In this document: positions 36,575-45,881 of the stretch, in pieces | How positions within the stretch are numbered: position 1 is the first letter of the stretch | Layout: each line of letters opens with the position of its first letter | Virus genome (UHGV): UHGV-0479444 | DNA: 48,324 nucleotides | Reading direction: 5' to 3' (one strand) | From: a virus | Notes under the pieces: generated by a model | Seen by the model: only the letters and a program-made list of their open reading frames with translations | Database searches by the model: none | Told to the model about the DNA's origin: nothing | Program-made: the position numbers and the translations under genes

Positions 36575-36749
36575 CTAATTTTCCTCCCGTTATTTCCAAC
36601 CATAAACCACTCTCTCCATCTTTTTCGTGGAGAAAATCTGTCTCTATACAGCAGGATGCCAACTCATTCATTGTCCTCACGCAATCATCTGCATCAGCGC
36701 ATTTGATCGTGTCACCTTTTCGCAAGCGCGTTTCTTTCACTTTTGGCAT
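36567..36749 (-). CDS. Hypothetical protein (60 aa)
   Basis: Coupled ORF. Cys-containing. Confidence 0.35.
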   Translation of the reverse strand: MPKVKETRLRKGDTIKCADADDCVRTMNELASCCIETDFLHEKDGESGLWLEITGGKLDG

Positions 36750-36764
36750 TAGTCATTCCTCCTA

Positions 36765-38126
36765 CTACGCAAACCTAATTTGCTGCTCGTCCTCGTATAT
36801 TTCTATGTTCGGCACCCTATTCCCGATTTTTAAATACGGGCAGTTTGCTTCTACCAGTTTCTGTGCCATGATTGGCACTACACTGTTTCCGATTCTAGCC
36901 ACTTGTTTTGCGATCGGATATCTCCTGTATTTGTAATCCCTGTCAATAATGTAATCCTCCGGAAATCCCTGCATTAATTTAAGTTCTTCCGGTTTTAACA
37001 TTCTCAGGAAAATATCCTTCATGGCATACTTTTCGCCTTCGATATCCAGAATCACATTTACCAGTCCGAAACGATCTTTTGTAGTAATCGTTGCAAGCGG
37101 ATTTGAAAGTTCTTGCCCTCCGCCAGTTCCGTAATACTTAATTAAAAACGCAGATATCAATCCAAAATGTCCAGGTGATGTTGTGATTGTGTGTAAAGGT
37201 TCGTTGCATCCCTGTCCGATTCCACTCTTATAAAATTTTGTAATAAAAGCTGTCACCAGCCCGTACCTGTTTGACGTGTCGATTGTTTTAATTGGTTCTG
37301 TCAGCAACTGTCCTCTTGATTCTCCAATTTTTGTTTCTCCGTGATATTGAATCATAAATGCAACAGCATCTTTACTTCTCACGATATAGGGAGATGGATT
37401 GTCTATTACATATTTTCTGATTCCATTTGCAATCCTTTTCATCGTTGCATCTGCCAACGGTTTTGGTCTATCAAATATCGTTTTCCCTAAATCAGACCAA
37501 TCGATATATGCCCCGCATTCCTGCCATTTCGGATCTCTGGATTTAAAATTCGTCTTTTCTGGCCACACGATGTCTTTTCCATCTCTTCGAAATATTGCAT
37601 ACCAGCGCTTTCTTGTAGTTGGTGCCCCATAGTCTGCCGCAATAAGCTCTCTGCAGTCAAAAATATATCCAAGACTTTTCATAGCCGTAATGAACTTCTT
37701 ATAATCTTCCCCACGCCGTTCCTTAATCGGATGCCCGTTTTCATCCAGAGGCCCCCACTGCTGAATCTCTTCCACGTTTTCCATGATAATCACATCGGGG
37801 AGGATTGCTTTTGCGTGCTTGTATACCGCCCAAGGCAAAATCCGAAGCCCTTTTTCCCTCGGCTTCCCACCTTTCGCCTTACTGTGGCTGGTACAATCAG
37901 GACTCGCCCACATTAAAGCAACTCGCTTTCCTTTCACATATTTCTTCAAATCCACCTTGAAGATATCTTCTGTGAGATGCAATGTTTTCGGATGGTTTGT
38001 CTTGTGCATCAAAATTGCATCCGGATCGTGATTAATTGCAATATCTACTTGTCTTCCAAGTGCCATTTCTATTCCTACGCTCGCTCCACCTCCTCCGGCG
38101 AAGCAATCTATAATCAAATTTTCCAT
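36765..38126 (-). CDS. DNA (cytosine-5)-methyltransferase (453 aa), orphan phage methyltransferase
   Basis: Motif I DCFAGGGGAS, a catalytic Cys region (SPDCTSHS) and motif VI IIMENVEE. No adjacent endonuclease gene. Confidence 0.9.
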   Translation of the reverse strand: MENLIIDCFAGGGGASVGIEMALGRQVDIAINHDPDAILMHKTNHPKTLHLTEDIFKVDLKKYVKGKRVALMWASPDCTSHSKAKGGKPREKGLRILPWAVYKHAKAILPDVIIMENVEEIQQWGPLDENGHPIKERRGEDYKKFITAMKSLGYIFDCRELIAADYGAPTTRKRWYAIFRRDGKDIVWPEKTNFKSRDPKWQECGAYIDWSDLGKTIFDRPKPLADATMKRIANGIRKYVIDNPSPYIVRSKDAVAFMIQYHGETKIGESRGQLLTEPIKTIDTSNRYGLVTAFITKFYKSGIGQGCNEPLHTITTSPGHFGLISAFLIKYYGTGGGQELSNPLATITTKDRFGLVNVILDIEGEKYAMKDIFLRMLKPEELKLMQGFPEDYIIDRDYKYRRYPIAKQVARIGNSVVPIMAQKLVEANCPYLKIGNRVPNIEIYEDEQQIRFA

Positions 38127-38201
38127 TTTCTCAGAAGCCCGGTATACCCTTGCCCCGGCCGGAGGCTGGCTCCTTTCTATTTTTCGCTTATTTTTTATAG
38201 T

Positions 38202-38684
38202 CTACTGTAAATACCTCCGCATTAATATCCGGTTTGGATTCGACATCGCCCTGTTGAGTCGGCAACTTGTCCGCACCCAACCCTCGTGAAACTCCATGTA
38301 ATTTGCGATTGTTCCAAAGATATCCTTAACCGAAGTTTCTTGTTTCTTTGACTCAGGCAGCATATCATTGTCTTTTAAAAAGTTTTTGAACGTTTCAATA
38401 CTTGCATCGATTCCGCTCTCTTCTCTTATTGCTGCATAGATGTTCTGGATCGTAAGTCCGTATTCGATCATGCACTTAATTTCTCCCTTGTACGGTTCGT
38501 ATTGTTTTCTTTTATTTTCCATTTTTCTTAACCACATCCTCTTGTTTGCTATTACCCTCTTTTTCACTTCTTTTCCAGTAATATCCTCAAGTACTCTGCA
38601 GATATGCTCATCCGTGCATCCGAGTTTTACCATCTCTTCGATCTGGAACCGGTACGGATCCAGAAAGTTCGCTGGTCTACTCAT
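38202..38684 (-). CDS. Hypothetical protein (160 aa)
   Basis: Intact ORF. Confidence 0.5.
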   Translation of the reverse strand: MSRPANFLDPYRFQIEEMVKLGCTDEHICRVLEDITGKEVKKRVIANKRMWLRKMENKRKQYEPYKGEIKCMIEYGLTIQNIYAAIREESGIDASIETFKNFLKDNDMLPESKKQETSVKDIFGTIANYMEFHEGWVRTSCRLNRAMSNPNRILMRRYLQ

Positions 38685-38809
38685 TTTCCTCTCACCTTCT
38701 TCTTTCTCTTGCGCTTGGTACTGCCGTACATATATGCTGCCATATTCCCCTGTTTAAATCCGGCTGACCGCTTCATTCTGCCGCTAAAGCTATATTTCCC
38801 TCTATCCAT
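38681..38809 (-). CDS. Tiny highly basic protein (42 aa, ...STKRKRKKKVRGK)
   Basis: AAGGAGGAGAACC RBS. TGA overlaps the next ATG. Confidence 0.4.
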   Translation of the reverse strand: MDRGKYSFSGRMKRSAGFKQGNMAAYMYGSTKRKRKKKVRGK

Positions 38810-39389
38810 GGTTCTCCTCCTTTAAACTCCACCATGCTTTCACATTCTTTCCGTACCCTGTAGTCTGGATTCTTACTCCAAGTTCTGCTTTCGCTTTCAT
38901 GATGTCCGACCTTTTAATTCCTGCCGCTTCTGACTCTATGAGCAACTTCGCCCCGTCATAGCGCCCACCTTCCATCTTGTCTTGCAGCCACTCTAATGCT
39001 TTGTCGTAGTCGGTCTTTGACATCGTATTGACCTTGTCCTTGATTCTTTCCAGTTGGACGGTGTTGGTGTTCATCTTGTTCCAGATCTTTTCAAAATTCT
39101 CCTGCATGATTCTTCGGTTTTCTAAAATCTCATCCCGGATGACTGTAAGTGCCTGTGCTGCGGTCATGCCTTTCTTTTCCGGATCTTTTACCAGACTTCC
39201 CGGTTTAAGTCCGAGAAGTAAACACATGGTTCTTTCAAAATCTTCTGTCTGTTCCGGGTTCTTCGCCATATTGCAGACAAAAGACTTGCTTCTCCCGAGT
39301 TCTGCCGAGAATTTCTCTTTCGTCTTGCCCTGCTTTTCTAGTTCCTTGCAGAGCAAAGCGTAATTTATCGTTACTTTCTTCGGTTCCAT
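38802..39389 (-). CDS. Hypothetical protein with N-terminal HTH-like segment (195 aa)
   Basis: YALLCKELEKQGKTKEKFSAELGRSKSFV is HTH-like. Replication-module position. Confidence 0.5.
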   Translation of the reverse strand: MEPKKVTINYALLCKELEKQGKTKEKFSAELGRSKSFVCNMAKNPEQTEDFERTMCLLLGLKPGSLVKDPEKKGMTAAQALTVIRDEILENRRIMQENFEKIWNKMNTNTVQLERIKDKVNTMSKTDYDKALEWLQDKMEGGRYDGAKLLIESEAAGIKRSDIMKAKAELGVRIQTTGYGKNVKAWWSLKEENHG

Positions 39390-39398
39390 AATTCCTCC

Positions 39399-40271
39399 TT
39401 AATTTGACTTCAACAACTGCTCTTCCAGAGAGTCCATGTCGTATCCTCTGCGCTCAAAGTTGTTTAGGTTTCTGCTTACTGGCGGTTTTGATTGCTTTGC
39501 ATCTTTGTTTTTATAATTCCCATCCAGAATCTTTGCCATATTTGCATCATTCATCATCCAATCAAAGGTTGCCGACCAATTCCGGTTATTTTCCCCTTTC
39601 AGAAAATCACTTTCCTCTGCAAGCTCAAATCCCCTCTTAATGTCATCAATGGAATATTTTCTTAATCTTGCTTTAATTGCTCGTTTTCTTTTTTCAGATA
39701 ATCGTGTTAAGCGAGGGAATGACACGCAAGTGGCATTATACATATCAGCTATTTGCTGATAATCTACTCTATTACCTCTTATATCTCTTTCTTTATCTTT
39801 ATCTTCTTCTTTATCTATATCTGTAGCGTGACTTCCCAAATTTGTCACACTTACGTCACGTGACATTTCTGTGACACACTCAATTTTTTGTTTTTCCCTC
39901 TGTTTTTGCTTCCTAATCCGGTTCTGCTCCCTGATTTTCTCGAGGGCTTCCGCGTTCTGGTGCTCTTCCCAACCCGGAATAGTAAAAAATCCATTGTCCG
40001 TCACGATCATTTCAAGCTGCTCCAGTGATTGCAAAGCTAATTTCACGGTATTCTCTTCAAAATCCAACTCGTCTGCCAGCATTTTAGGCGTGTACGGGAT
40101 GTTTTGCGTTAAAAATACCATGCCGTTACTATTACACCGGCCAGCCATCGTGAGTAGCATTACCCAGATCAGGACAATATTGTTCCCGTCCGGTAATTTC
40201 CGCAGATGCTTGATTTTGCGATTATCAAACATATCCGTTGTAATCTTGATCCACTTTACCTCTGCCATCAC
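39399..40271 (-). CDS. Phage replisome organiser/replication initiation protein (290 aa)
   Basis: N-terminal WIKITTDMFDNRKIKHL matches the phage replisome-organiser N-terminal domain. Confidence 0.65.
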   Translation of the reverse strand: MMAEVKWIKITTDMFDNRKIKHLRKLPDGNNIVLIWVMLLTMAGRCNSNGMVFLTQNIPYTPKMLADELDFEENTVKLALQSLEQLEMIVTDNGFFTIPGWEEHQNAEALEKIREQNRIRKQKQREKQKIECVTEMSRDVSVTNLGSHATDIDKEEDKDKERDIRGNRVDYQQIADMYNATCVSFPRLTRLSEKRKRAIKARLRKYSIDDIKRGFELAEESDFLKGENNRNWSATFDWMMNDANMAKILDGNYKNKDAKQSKPPVSRNLNNFERRGYDMDSLEEQLLKSN

Positions 40272-40678
40272 TCATCCTCCGCAATATAGACAACCACGCA
40301 AGGCGTATCCGAATATACCTTTTCAATCTCCAGACTGGTCACCTGCTTATCATCGGTGTATGCGACTCCGTTCAGTCCATCCAGAATGATTTTTGCGATA
40401 TTATCCAAGTCCGGCTTCTTATTCGGCTTTATTTCGCCTTTTAATGCTTTCTCCTTGTTCTTCTTAGACCAGCTCTCTGGAATCGGAAATTTCGCTAAAA
40501 TTCGAACTCTCAGAGGTATCTCTGTATAAAGAACACCTGCGCTTTGTTTATAAATCCTCGCAACTTCCTTTTCATATTTCTTGGTTGCGGGTGGTGTGTA
40601 TGTAATGACCTTAAATCCGGCTCTGCGGAATTTCGGTCTTGCTTTTCCAACCGGCTTACCCGGAATTGTAATTATCAT
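40268..40678 (-). CDS. rusA: RusA-family Holliday-junction resolvase (136 aa)
   Basis: IPGKPVGKARPKF... and DLDNIAKIILDGLNGVAYTDDKQV are characteristic RusA motifs. Confidence 0.8.
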   Translation of the reverse strand: MIITIPGKPVGKARPKFRRAGFKVITYTPPATKKYEKEVARIYKQSAGVLYTEIPLRVRILAKFPIPESWSKKNKEKALKGEIKPNKKPDLDNIAKIILDGLNGVAYTDDKQVTSLEIEKVYSDTPCVVVYIAEDE

Positions 40679-40791
40679 TCGTTCTCCTTTCTGCTCCCGG
40701 AGTTACCGGGAGACAATGAATCTGGCTTACTTAAGGTATTTGTGACGTACTACACAGCAGCCATGAACGGGTTACAATTTATAGCAAAGGT

Positions 40792-41172
40792 TTAACCCTT
40801 ACTAACATAGTGAAATTCTTTCCGGAACTGTTCTTCTGTTCCGTAGTGCTGCAAATAATACTCTTTGCAGCGTTTTCTTAAGTATCGGTCTACTTTCGAT
40901 GCATTCTTCCCTGCCCTTGTTCCGTTTGGATGCAGATCCGGTCTCAGTGGAGCTATGAATCCGTAATCTTCCGAAAGTTCAATTTCTTTCGATGTGTGAC
41001 TAAAAACATGATGCCTCTCCACTCCGTAAGCTCCGGTGTGCATGCAGTGATCCATATCTTCTGTAAATATGCTCCACAGCTTCTTTGGTCTGCCGGATGC
41101 TCTTTGATGACCTTTTTTCTTTTTCTTTCGCTTCGGCTTTGGGAATGCCATGTCACTGTAATCAATACTCAC
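40792..41172 (-). CDS. Hypothetical protein (126 aa) with HH...N...H pattern, possibly HNH-like
   Basis: KRKKKKK basic tract followed by CMHTGAYGVERHHVFSHTS...HPNG. Confidence 0.4.
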   Translation of the reverse strand: MSIDYSDMAFPKPKRKKKKKGHQRASGRPKKLWSIFTEDMDHCMHTGAYGVERHHVFSHTSKEIELSEDYGFIAPLRPDLHPNGTRAGKNASKVDRYLRKRCKEYYLQHYGTEEQFRKEFHYVSKG

Positions 41173-41711
41173 AGTTCAATCCCCCATTTTTGTCTAAGCT
41201 CTTCTTTTTCATCTGGGGTCAAAAGGTCTGCATCTGGTATTCCAACCTCTCTGCAATCTTCCAACACGCCTTTGATGAGTCTGCTCATTTCTTTGGTGTT
41301 ATACTTGCTTGACCCTTTGTAGCATTGCAGAGTGTGTAATGTTTCAGCTCTCCCTTTTAGGTCTTTTACTTCCTGTGCTCCACGATCTATCACAATCCGG
41401 AACACTGACTGTGCCAGATAGATGTCTTTTTCCCTGAGCGGTATGTACTCAAAAGCACCGTGGGATTTTAATTCATTTAGGTACGCTTGCCACCTGGTGA
41501 TGTCCAACTTTTCCGCTAATTTATCGAGTAACACCCACAAGTAAGAGTTTGCGTCAAGGCTTCTCTTTGCTCTGTATGGCTTTATTTCAAGCGTTAATTT
41601 CTCATAATCTTTCAACTCATCATAGGCTTGTCGGAAGTCCTCTTCGGATTTGAATAGGATGGTGTGGCAATCTATCAAACGGCCTTTTAATTTTCCTGTG
41701 AATTTCATCAA
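41169..41711 (-). CDS. ninB: NinB/Orf-family recombination mediator (180 aa)
   Basis: RSLDANSYLWVLLDKLAEK parallels lambda NinB RSLDQNRKLWACLGDVS. Confidence 0.65.
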   Translation of the reverse strand: MMKFTGKLKGRLIDCHTILFKSEEDFRQAYDELKDYEKLTLEIKPYRAKRSLDANSYLWVLLDKLAEKLDITRWQAYLNELKSHGAFEYIPLREKDIYLAQSVFRIVIDRGAQEVKDLKGRAETLHTLQCYKGSSKYNTKEMSRLIKGVLEDCREVGIPDADLLTPDEKEELRQKWGIEL

Positions 41712-42328
41712 TCATCACCGTAAGTCCTTTTTATTGTGCTTAACATTGTTGCAGCTTCTGTCTCGGTAAGTGTCTGCTCAGTCCTATTGTTTTCTCTCAA
41801 CCAGCGTTCAAGATTGATGCCGTGAGATACGCATAGATTCTTGAGAGTCTTGATTTTCGCTTCAGACGCTCTGTTTTCCCCCGTTTCCGGTATTTGAGCA
41901 TACATCTTGTTGTATTCCTCTTTAAGCCACAAATCGAACCCTAAGCCGGTATGTATTGCTACGCACTTCACAAACGCCCTGCACATGCTGTTCCAGACTC
42001 TTTGCTGACTCATAGAGTTGTCTTTTACAGGGTTTGCCCCATTCATCACAGGTGTTTGCATCTCGTACACTTGATCATCTATCACAACACGGATTCTGGT
42101 CTCGTAACATCTATTTTCAACTCCGTTTTTATCTTTAAACACCGCTTTTGTCATCCTTAGACTACTTCCTGTTTCTGGGTCTGGAATCGGAGTAAAATAA
42201 ACATTTTCAGCCCCATTTTTATGCAATAAATCAATGCACATTGCCCAGTTTAAATAGTCCATACCATCTCTTTTTTCGAGGTATGGTTTTACATCTACTT
42301 TCCTCATTTCTTCATAGCTTTTAAGCAT
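41708..42328 (-). CDS. Putative single-strand annealing/recombination protein (206 aa), uncertain family
   Basis: Synteny only (next to NinB and RusA). No motif verified. Confidence 0.35.
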   Translation of the reverse strand: MLKSYEEMRKVDVKPYLEKRDGMDYLNWAMCIDLLHKNGAENVYFTPIPDPETGSSLRMTKAVFKDKNGVENRCYETRIRVVIDDQVYEMQTPVMNGANPVKDNSMSQQRVWNSMCRAFVKCVAIHTGLGFDLWLKEEYNKMYAQIPETGENRASEAKIKTLKNLCVSHGINLERWLRENNRTEQTLTETEAATMLSTIKRTYGDD

Positions 42329-42506
42329 AGGTTTCCTCGCTTTCTTCCTTTACCCAATTCCCGGAGTAAAACCATTCCACCAGCATTGTTTTAAACTCTT
42401 CCTGGTCATCCGGTGTTCCATGCAAGCATCTTTCCAGTGCGTAATCAAATGCTTGGTCATCCGTTACTACCGTGTCTTTCTCCGGTCCGATACCTACATA
42501 CATCAT
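42321..42506 (-). CDS. Hypothetical protein (61 aa)
   Basis: Coupled ORF. Confidence 0.35.
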   Translation of the reverse strand: MMYVGIGPEKDTVVTDDQAFDYALERCLHGTPDDQEEFKTMLVEWFYSGNWVKEESEETYA

Positions 42507-42766
42507 TCGTCCTCCGCCTTGTCCACTGCTATTTCCAGTAATCCTTTGACTGCATCGATTGCGTTATCTAAGGCGTAATCCGACTCGATTTTTATGTTTA
42601 AATCGTAGTCACCTACCGCAAATCCGTTTTTCATAGCGTATAAAGAGATTCTGTCTCCGAAATTCGAAAAATCAATTTCTATGTACGGGAATCCGTTTTT
42701 GCCTTTTCCGCGATCTTGAATGTCAAGAACTAAATCCAAAAGCTCATGTATTTTCTTTCTATCCAT
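42503..42766 (-). CDS. Hypothetical protein (87 aa)
   Basis: GGAGGA RBS. Confidence 0.4.
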   Translation of the reverse strand: MDRKKIHELLDLVLDIQDRGKGKNGFPYIEIDFSNFGDRISLYAMKNGFAVGDYDLNIKIESDYALDNAIDAVKGLLEIAVDKAEDE

Positions 42767-42853
42767 TGCTTATCCTCCTAAAATCTGTTAATATAGAATC
42801 GTATTTTTTCCTGAGTACCTACGGCTCCCCAGCCTTTTTGTAGGTGCTCATTT

Positions 42854-43039
42854 TTAATACCCAAATATCAACCACCATCCGATCAACGCCAGCACGAACC
42901 CGATCACAGCTGCTGCAACCTTATGCCAGTAGGGCTTGTCCTGCTCCGGTAACTCAACAGATACGGAGCGGATATCCCAGCTATTTAATGTGTTGGGGTG
43001 GTGGGTAGTCTGGCAGTGGTAGGTTCCTTTAATTTCCAT
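42854..43039 (-). CDS. Small membrane protein (61 aa)
   Basis: C-terminal TM helix VAAAVIGFVLALIGWWLIF. Confidence 0.35.
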   Translation of the reverse strand: MEIKGTYHCQTTHHPNTLNSWDIRSVSVELPEQDKPYWHKVAAAVIGFVLALIGWWLIFGY

Positions 43040-43060
43040 GCTTGTCCTCCCTTCTACCGC

Positions 43061-43255
43061 CTAAGCGGTTTTCTCTTTTCGTATCAATGCTCCCTGAATA
43101 ATCCGGCAACATCCATCTATAAGTTTTTTAACTTCCTCTTCTGTGCGATCCACATAACAATCATCATGTACTCGGATTGTTGCATTTTTTACTTTTACTG
43201 TTTCTACGATCAAAATCATCACCTCTCTACTATGTATGCAGGTTGGATTGTCCAA
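43061..43255 (-). CDS. Hypothetical protein (64 aa)
   Basis: Small ORF in the operon. Confidence 0.35.
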   Translation of the reverse strand: MDNPTCIHSREVMILIVETVKVKNATIRVHDDCYVDRTEEEVKKLIDGCCRIIQGALIRKEKTA

Positions 43256-43269
43256 GGTATGTTGTCCAT

Positions 43270-43461
43270 TTAATCTTGTTTACGCTTCGTTCCAAATCTA
43301 TCAATTATCATGTTTGTCACATCGGTAACAAAGTCCATGTTGACATCAAGTAAATGATCAACAGCCTTCTGGATAATGCTCATAGACTCCCGTGTCACCA
43401 CGAGACTTGTAACGATTGATGTTATGATCGAGCAGATAACGCTTGCTATTACAATCTCCAT
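43270..43461 (-). CDS. Small membrane protein (63 aa)
   Basis: N-terminal TM helix. Confidence 0.35.
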   Translation of the reverse strand: MEIVIASVICSIITSIVTSLVVTRESMSIIQKAVDHLLDVNMDFVTDVTNMIIDRFGTKRKQD

Positions 43462-43462
43462 G

Positions 43463-43858
43463 TCAGTCCTCCAATTCTATAACCAGCGTGTCAATAATGG
43501 TTCTTATTGTTTTCACAGGTTTTTCCAAAAATTTGGGGTCTTCTCCGGAAATGCTTCCAGGTTCATATATATTTACTGCCGTACCCATTCCAGTTTGGTA
43601 TACAACTCTCACGGGTGCATCTTCTCCAATTACATTTGCCAAGTCCGCCAACCTCAATGAAGATGGCTTGTCCGCCTTAATAGTTCCAACTTTGATATCG
43701 GACGGCTTATCGTCCTTACAAAAAACCCGAACATCCATATTTACTGTAAGTTCTGCGATATCATCTCTCTCTTTCTGTTCTAATTTGTATGATTTCACGC
43801 ATTTAAGTTTCTTGCCGTCTAAAATTACCCCGTTTTCTATTTTTACAGTGCTAAACAT
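43463..43858 (-). CDS. Hypothetical protein (131 aa)
   Basis: Intact ORF. Confidence 0.45.
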   Translation of the reverse strand: MFSTVKIENGVILDGKKLKCVKSYKLEQKERDDIAELTVNMDVRVFCKDDKPSDIKVGTIKADKPSSLRLADLANVIGEDAPVRVVYQTGMGTAVNIYEPGSISGEDPKFLEKPVKTIRTIIDTLVIELED

Positions 43859-43872
43859 TGTGTTTTCCCTCC

Positions 43873-44235
43873 TTATTTAAATTCTGACTGAAGTACTTCT
43901 ATCTTCGGAATCAGTTCTTCCAGAGATTGACTTATCTCCTGATCAGTACTCCGAGAATCCATGTAATAGTCATGGATAGTTGAATACTGTCTTGACATAT
44001 TCACAACTGAAAATGAAGCAAAAATCACAAAGACAACAAGTGTTACAAGCAGACAGAGGGTCTTATGTTTTAGGCTATCTACTTCTGTTTTAAGTCCTTC
44101 TACTTCTTTTTTTAACGCATCAAACTCAATTCGATCCATTCTCTGCGATTGAGCATTGTACATCTTTCCTGTACGTTTTTCTGCTTCTTGAACGGGATCC
44201 ATTCCCGGTGTTCCCGGACTGCCACTCCAACACAT
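43873..44235 (-). CDS. Membrane-anchored hypothetical protein (120 aa)
   Basis: AAGGAGG RBS. Coiled-coil then one TM helix. Confidence 0.45.
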   Translation of the reverse strand: MCWSGSPGTPGMDPVQEAEKRTGKMYNAQSQRMDRIEFDALKKEVEGLKTEVDSLKHKTLCLLVTLVVFVIFASFSVVNMSRQYSTIHDYYMDSRSTDQEISQSLEELIPKIEVLQSEFK

Positions 44236-44256
44236 CCTCTTTTTCCTCCTTTTCTT

Positions 44257-45018
44257 CTATGCAACTCCGTATTTAATAGCCAGTTCTTTTACAATAGCCG
44301 TATATCCCTCAATCAGTTTCTTATCATCAGCAATCACATCAAGATAATTCAATTTGTCTCTTCTGGATTTGCAAACACCCTCATCTGCCATTCTTCTGCG
44401 CTTGTTTGTGAGTCTCTGTTTTACATTCACTCCCATACGTTTTTCTAACAACTGATAGGATTCTGCCCTTACATCTTGATAAGACTTGCTGTCTCCGCAC
44501 TCCATACCGATTTTTCTCAAGATTCTTCCGGTATCTTCTCTCCATGATGTTGTATCGATTGCAACAACCTCACGGATGCTTTCAATCCGTTCTTCCACGT
44601 GCTCAAGCTTCTCTGCCTGACGCTTCTGCTCGATTTCCAAGTTGATCATGACCTGTAACTGCGGTGAGAGCTCTTGTGTGGCAAGAGATGCCGCTTTGTA
44701 TTTCTTTTCTACCAGAATGAAGTATCTGCGCACTTGCTTTCCTTTTTCGTTCCGCTCAAGCATTGCCATTTCTTTGGCAGTATCCAGTTTGATGATGTGG
44801 TCTTTTTTAGTCTGACCGGAAGGTGCGCAAATTTGAGCGGCTTCAAAATCTTCGTTTTCTACAGCGTCAATATCGTTTAATCTGCGTGTAGACCAGTCTT
44901 TATAAGGCGTCCTCACTCCCAGAACCTCATGCAGTTCTGATCCGTATACTACTTTTTCTCCTGTGCTTGTCTCGTATACTGGGACAAGTTCGTTTTCAAT
45001 TACTGTTAAATTATTCAC
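44257..45018 (-). CDS. Phage antirepressor (ORF6N N-terminal domain plus KilA-C/ORF6C-like C-terminus), 253 aa
   Basis: LTVIENELVPVYETSTGEKVVYGSELHEVLGVRTPYKDW matches the ORF6N domain. Canonical position after cro. Confidence 0.7.
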   Translation of the reverse strand: MNNLTVIENELVPVYETSTGEKVVYGSELHEVLGVRTPYKDWSTRRLNDIDAVENEDFEAAQICAPSGQTKKDHIIKLDTAKEMAMLERNEKGKQVRRYFILVEKKYKAASLATQELSPQLQVMINLEIEQKRQAEKLEHVEERIESIREVVAIDTTSWREDTGRILRKIGMECGDSKSYQDVRAESYQLLEKRMGVNVKQRLTNKRRRMADEGVCKSRRDKLNYLDVIADDKKLIEGYTAIVKELAIKYGVA

Positions 45019-45028
45019 TGCTTCTCTC

Positions 45029-45229
45029 CTACTTTAATAATTCATCAATAGTGCACCCTAGCACCTTTGCTACTTTGGACAGACTTCTTATTGTTGGACT
45101 CACTGTATTCCACTTATAAATGCTTCCGGTAGAAACGCCAGCCTGACTTTCTAATAAATTGATAGAAATTCCTTTTTCTGCCGCTCTCTTAGATACCTTG
45201 TCGAAAATATTATTTTCCGTATCAATCAC
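45029..45229 (-). CDS. Cro-like XRE-family HTH regulator (66 aa, GTG start)
   Basis: ISINLLESQAGVSTGSIYKW HTH. Divergent from the cI-like gene. Confidence 0.7.
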   Translation of the reverse strand: MIDTENNIFDKVSKRAAEKGISINLLESQAGVSTGSIYKWNTVSPTIRSLSKVAKVLGCTIDELLK

Positions 45230-45459
45230 TCCTTTCTTTTTGATTGAGTTCTGAAAATATCACAATTTTATATTGACTAAGTTCTGAAAATATTCTATAA
45301 TCTAGTTGTCAAGCAAAATTACAAAATAAATTCCAGCATTCTTATTATCGCAATTTTTTGCGATTTTTTCAGAACCCTATAATCACATTATACGCGATAA
45401 TTTCAGAATGTCAAGAAATATTTTGCGATTTTTTCAGAATTTTGAAAGGAGTCTACATA
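45230..45459. promoter_or_regulatory. Genetic switch region: divergent promoters and at least five TTCTGAAAA operator half-sites
   Basis: + strand TTGACT(45273-45278)-17-TATAAT(45296-45301). AGTTCTGAAAATAT occurs at 45247 and 45280. TTGCGATTTTTTCAGAA(C/T) occurs at 45357 and 45424. Partial TTTCAGAA at 45400. Confidence 0.6.
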
Positions 45460-45881
45460 TGACACTGAGAGAACGCGTAAAACATCTGTGCAAAGAACAT
45501 GGAATTTCAATGAATAAATTGGAAAACGAACTTAATTTTGGAAAAGGGTACATAAGCAAATTAGGTTCAAGTCAACCAAATGTTAACAAGCTCCAGCAAA
45601 TCGCTGATTACTTCAGCGTATCGTTGGATTATTTAATGTCTGGAGCATCTAATGGTGATAATCCGTCATCACTCACGGCGAAAGATGAGCGCGACATTGC
45701 AAAAGATATGGAAAACATCAGAAATAAGTTGAAAAACAATGAAGAAGGTCCTGCTTCTTATGATGGTCAAGCTATTCCAGAAGAAGATATTGACTTGCTT
45801 CTTGGGCAAATCGAGCTGATGATGAGAAGGTTGAAACCGATTAACAAAGAAAAGTACAACCCTAACAAAAATAAAAAGTAG
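45460..45881 (+). CDS. cI-like XRE-family repressor (140 aa)
   Basis: GAAAGGAG RBS. N-terminal HTH (ISMNKLENELNFGKGYISKL). Followed by ImmA (ImmR/ImmA-type pair). Confidence 0.75.

Noticed and set aside
45230-45459. Possible CRISPR-like array from the repeated TTCTGAAAA/ATTTTTTCAGAA units
   Set aside because: Repeats are 9-18 nt, are in both orientations, have irregular spacing and sit between divergent repressor genes. They are operator sites.
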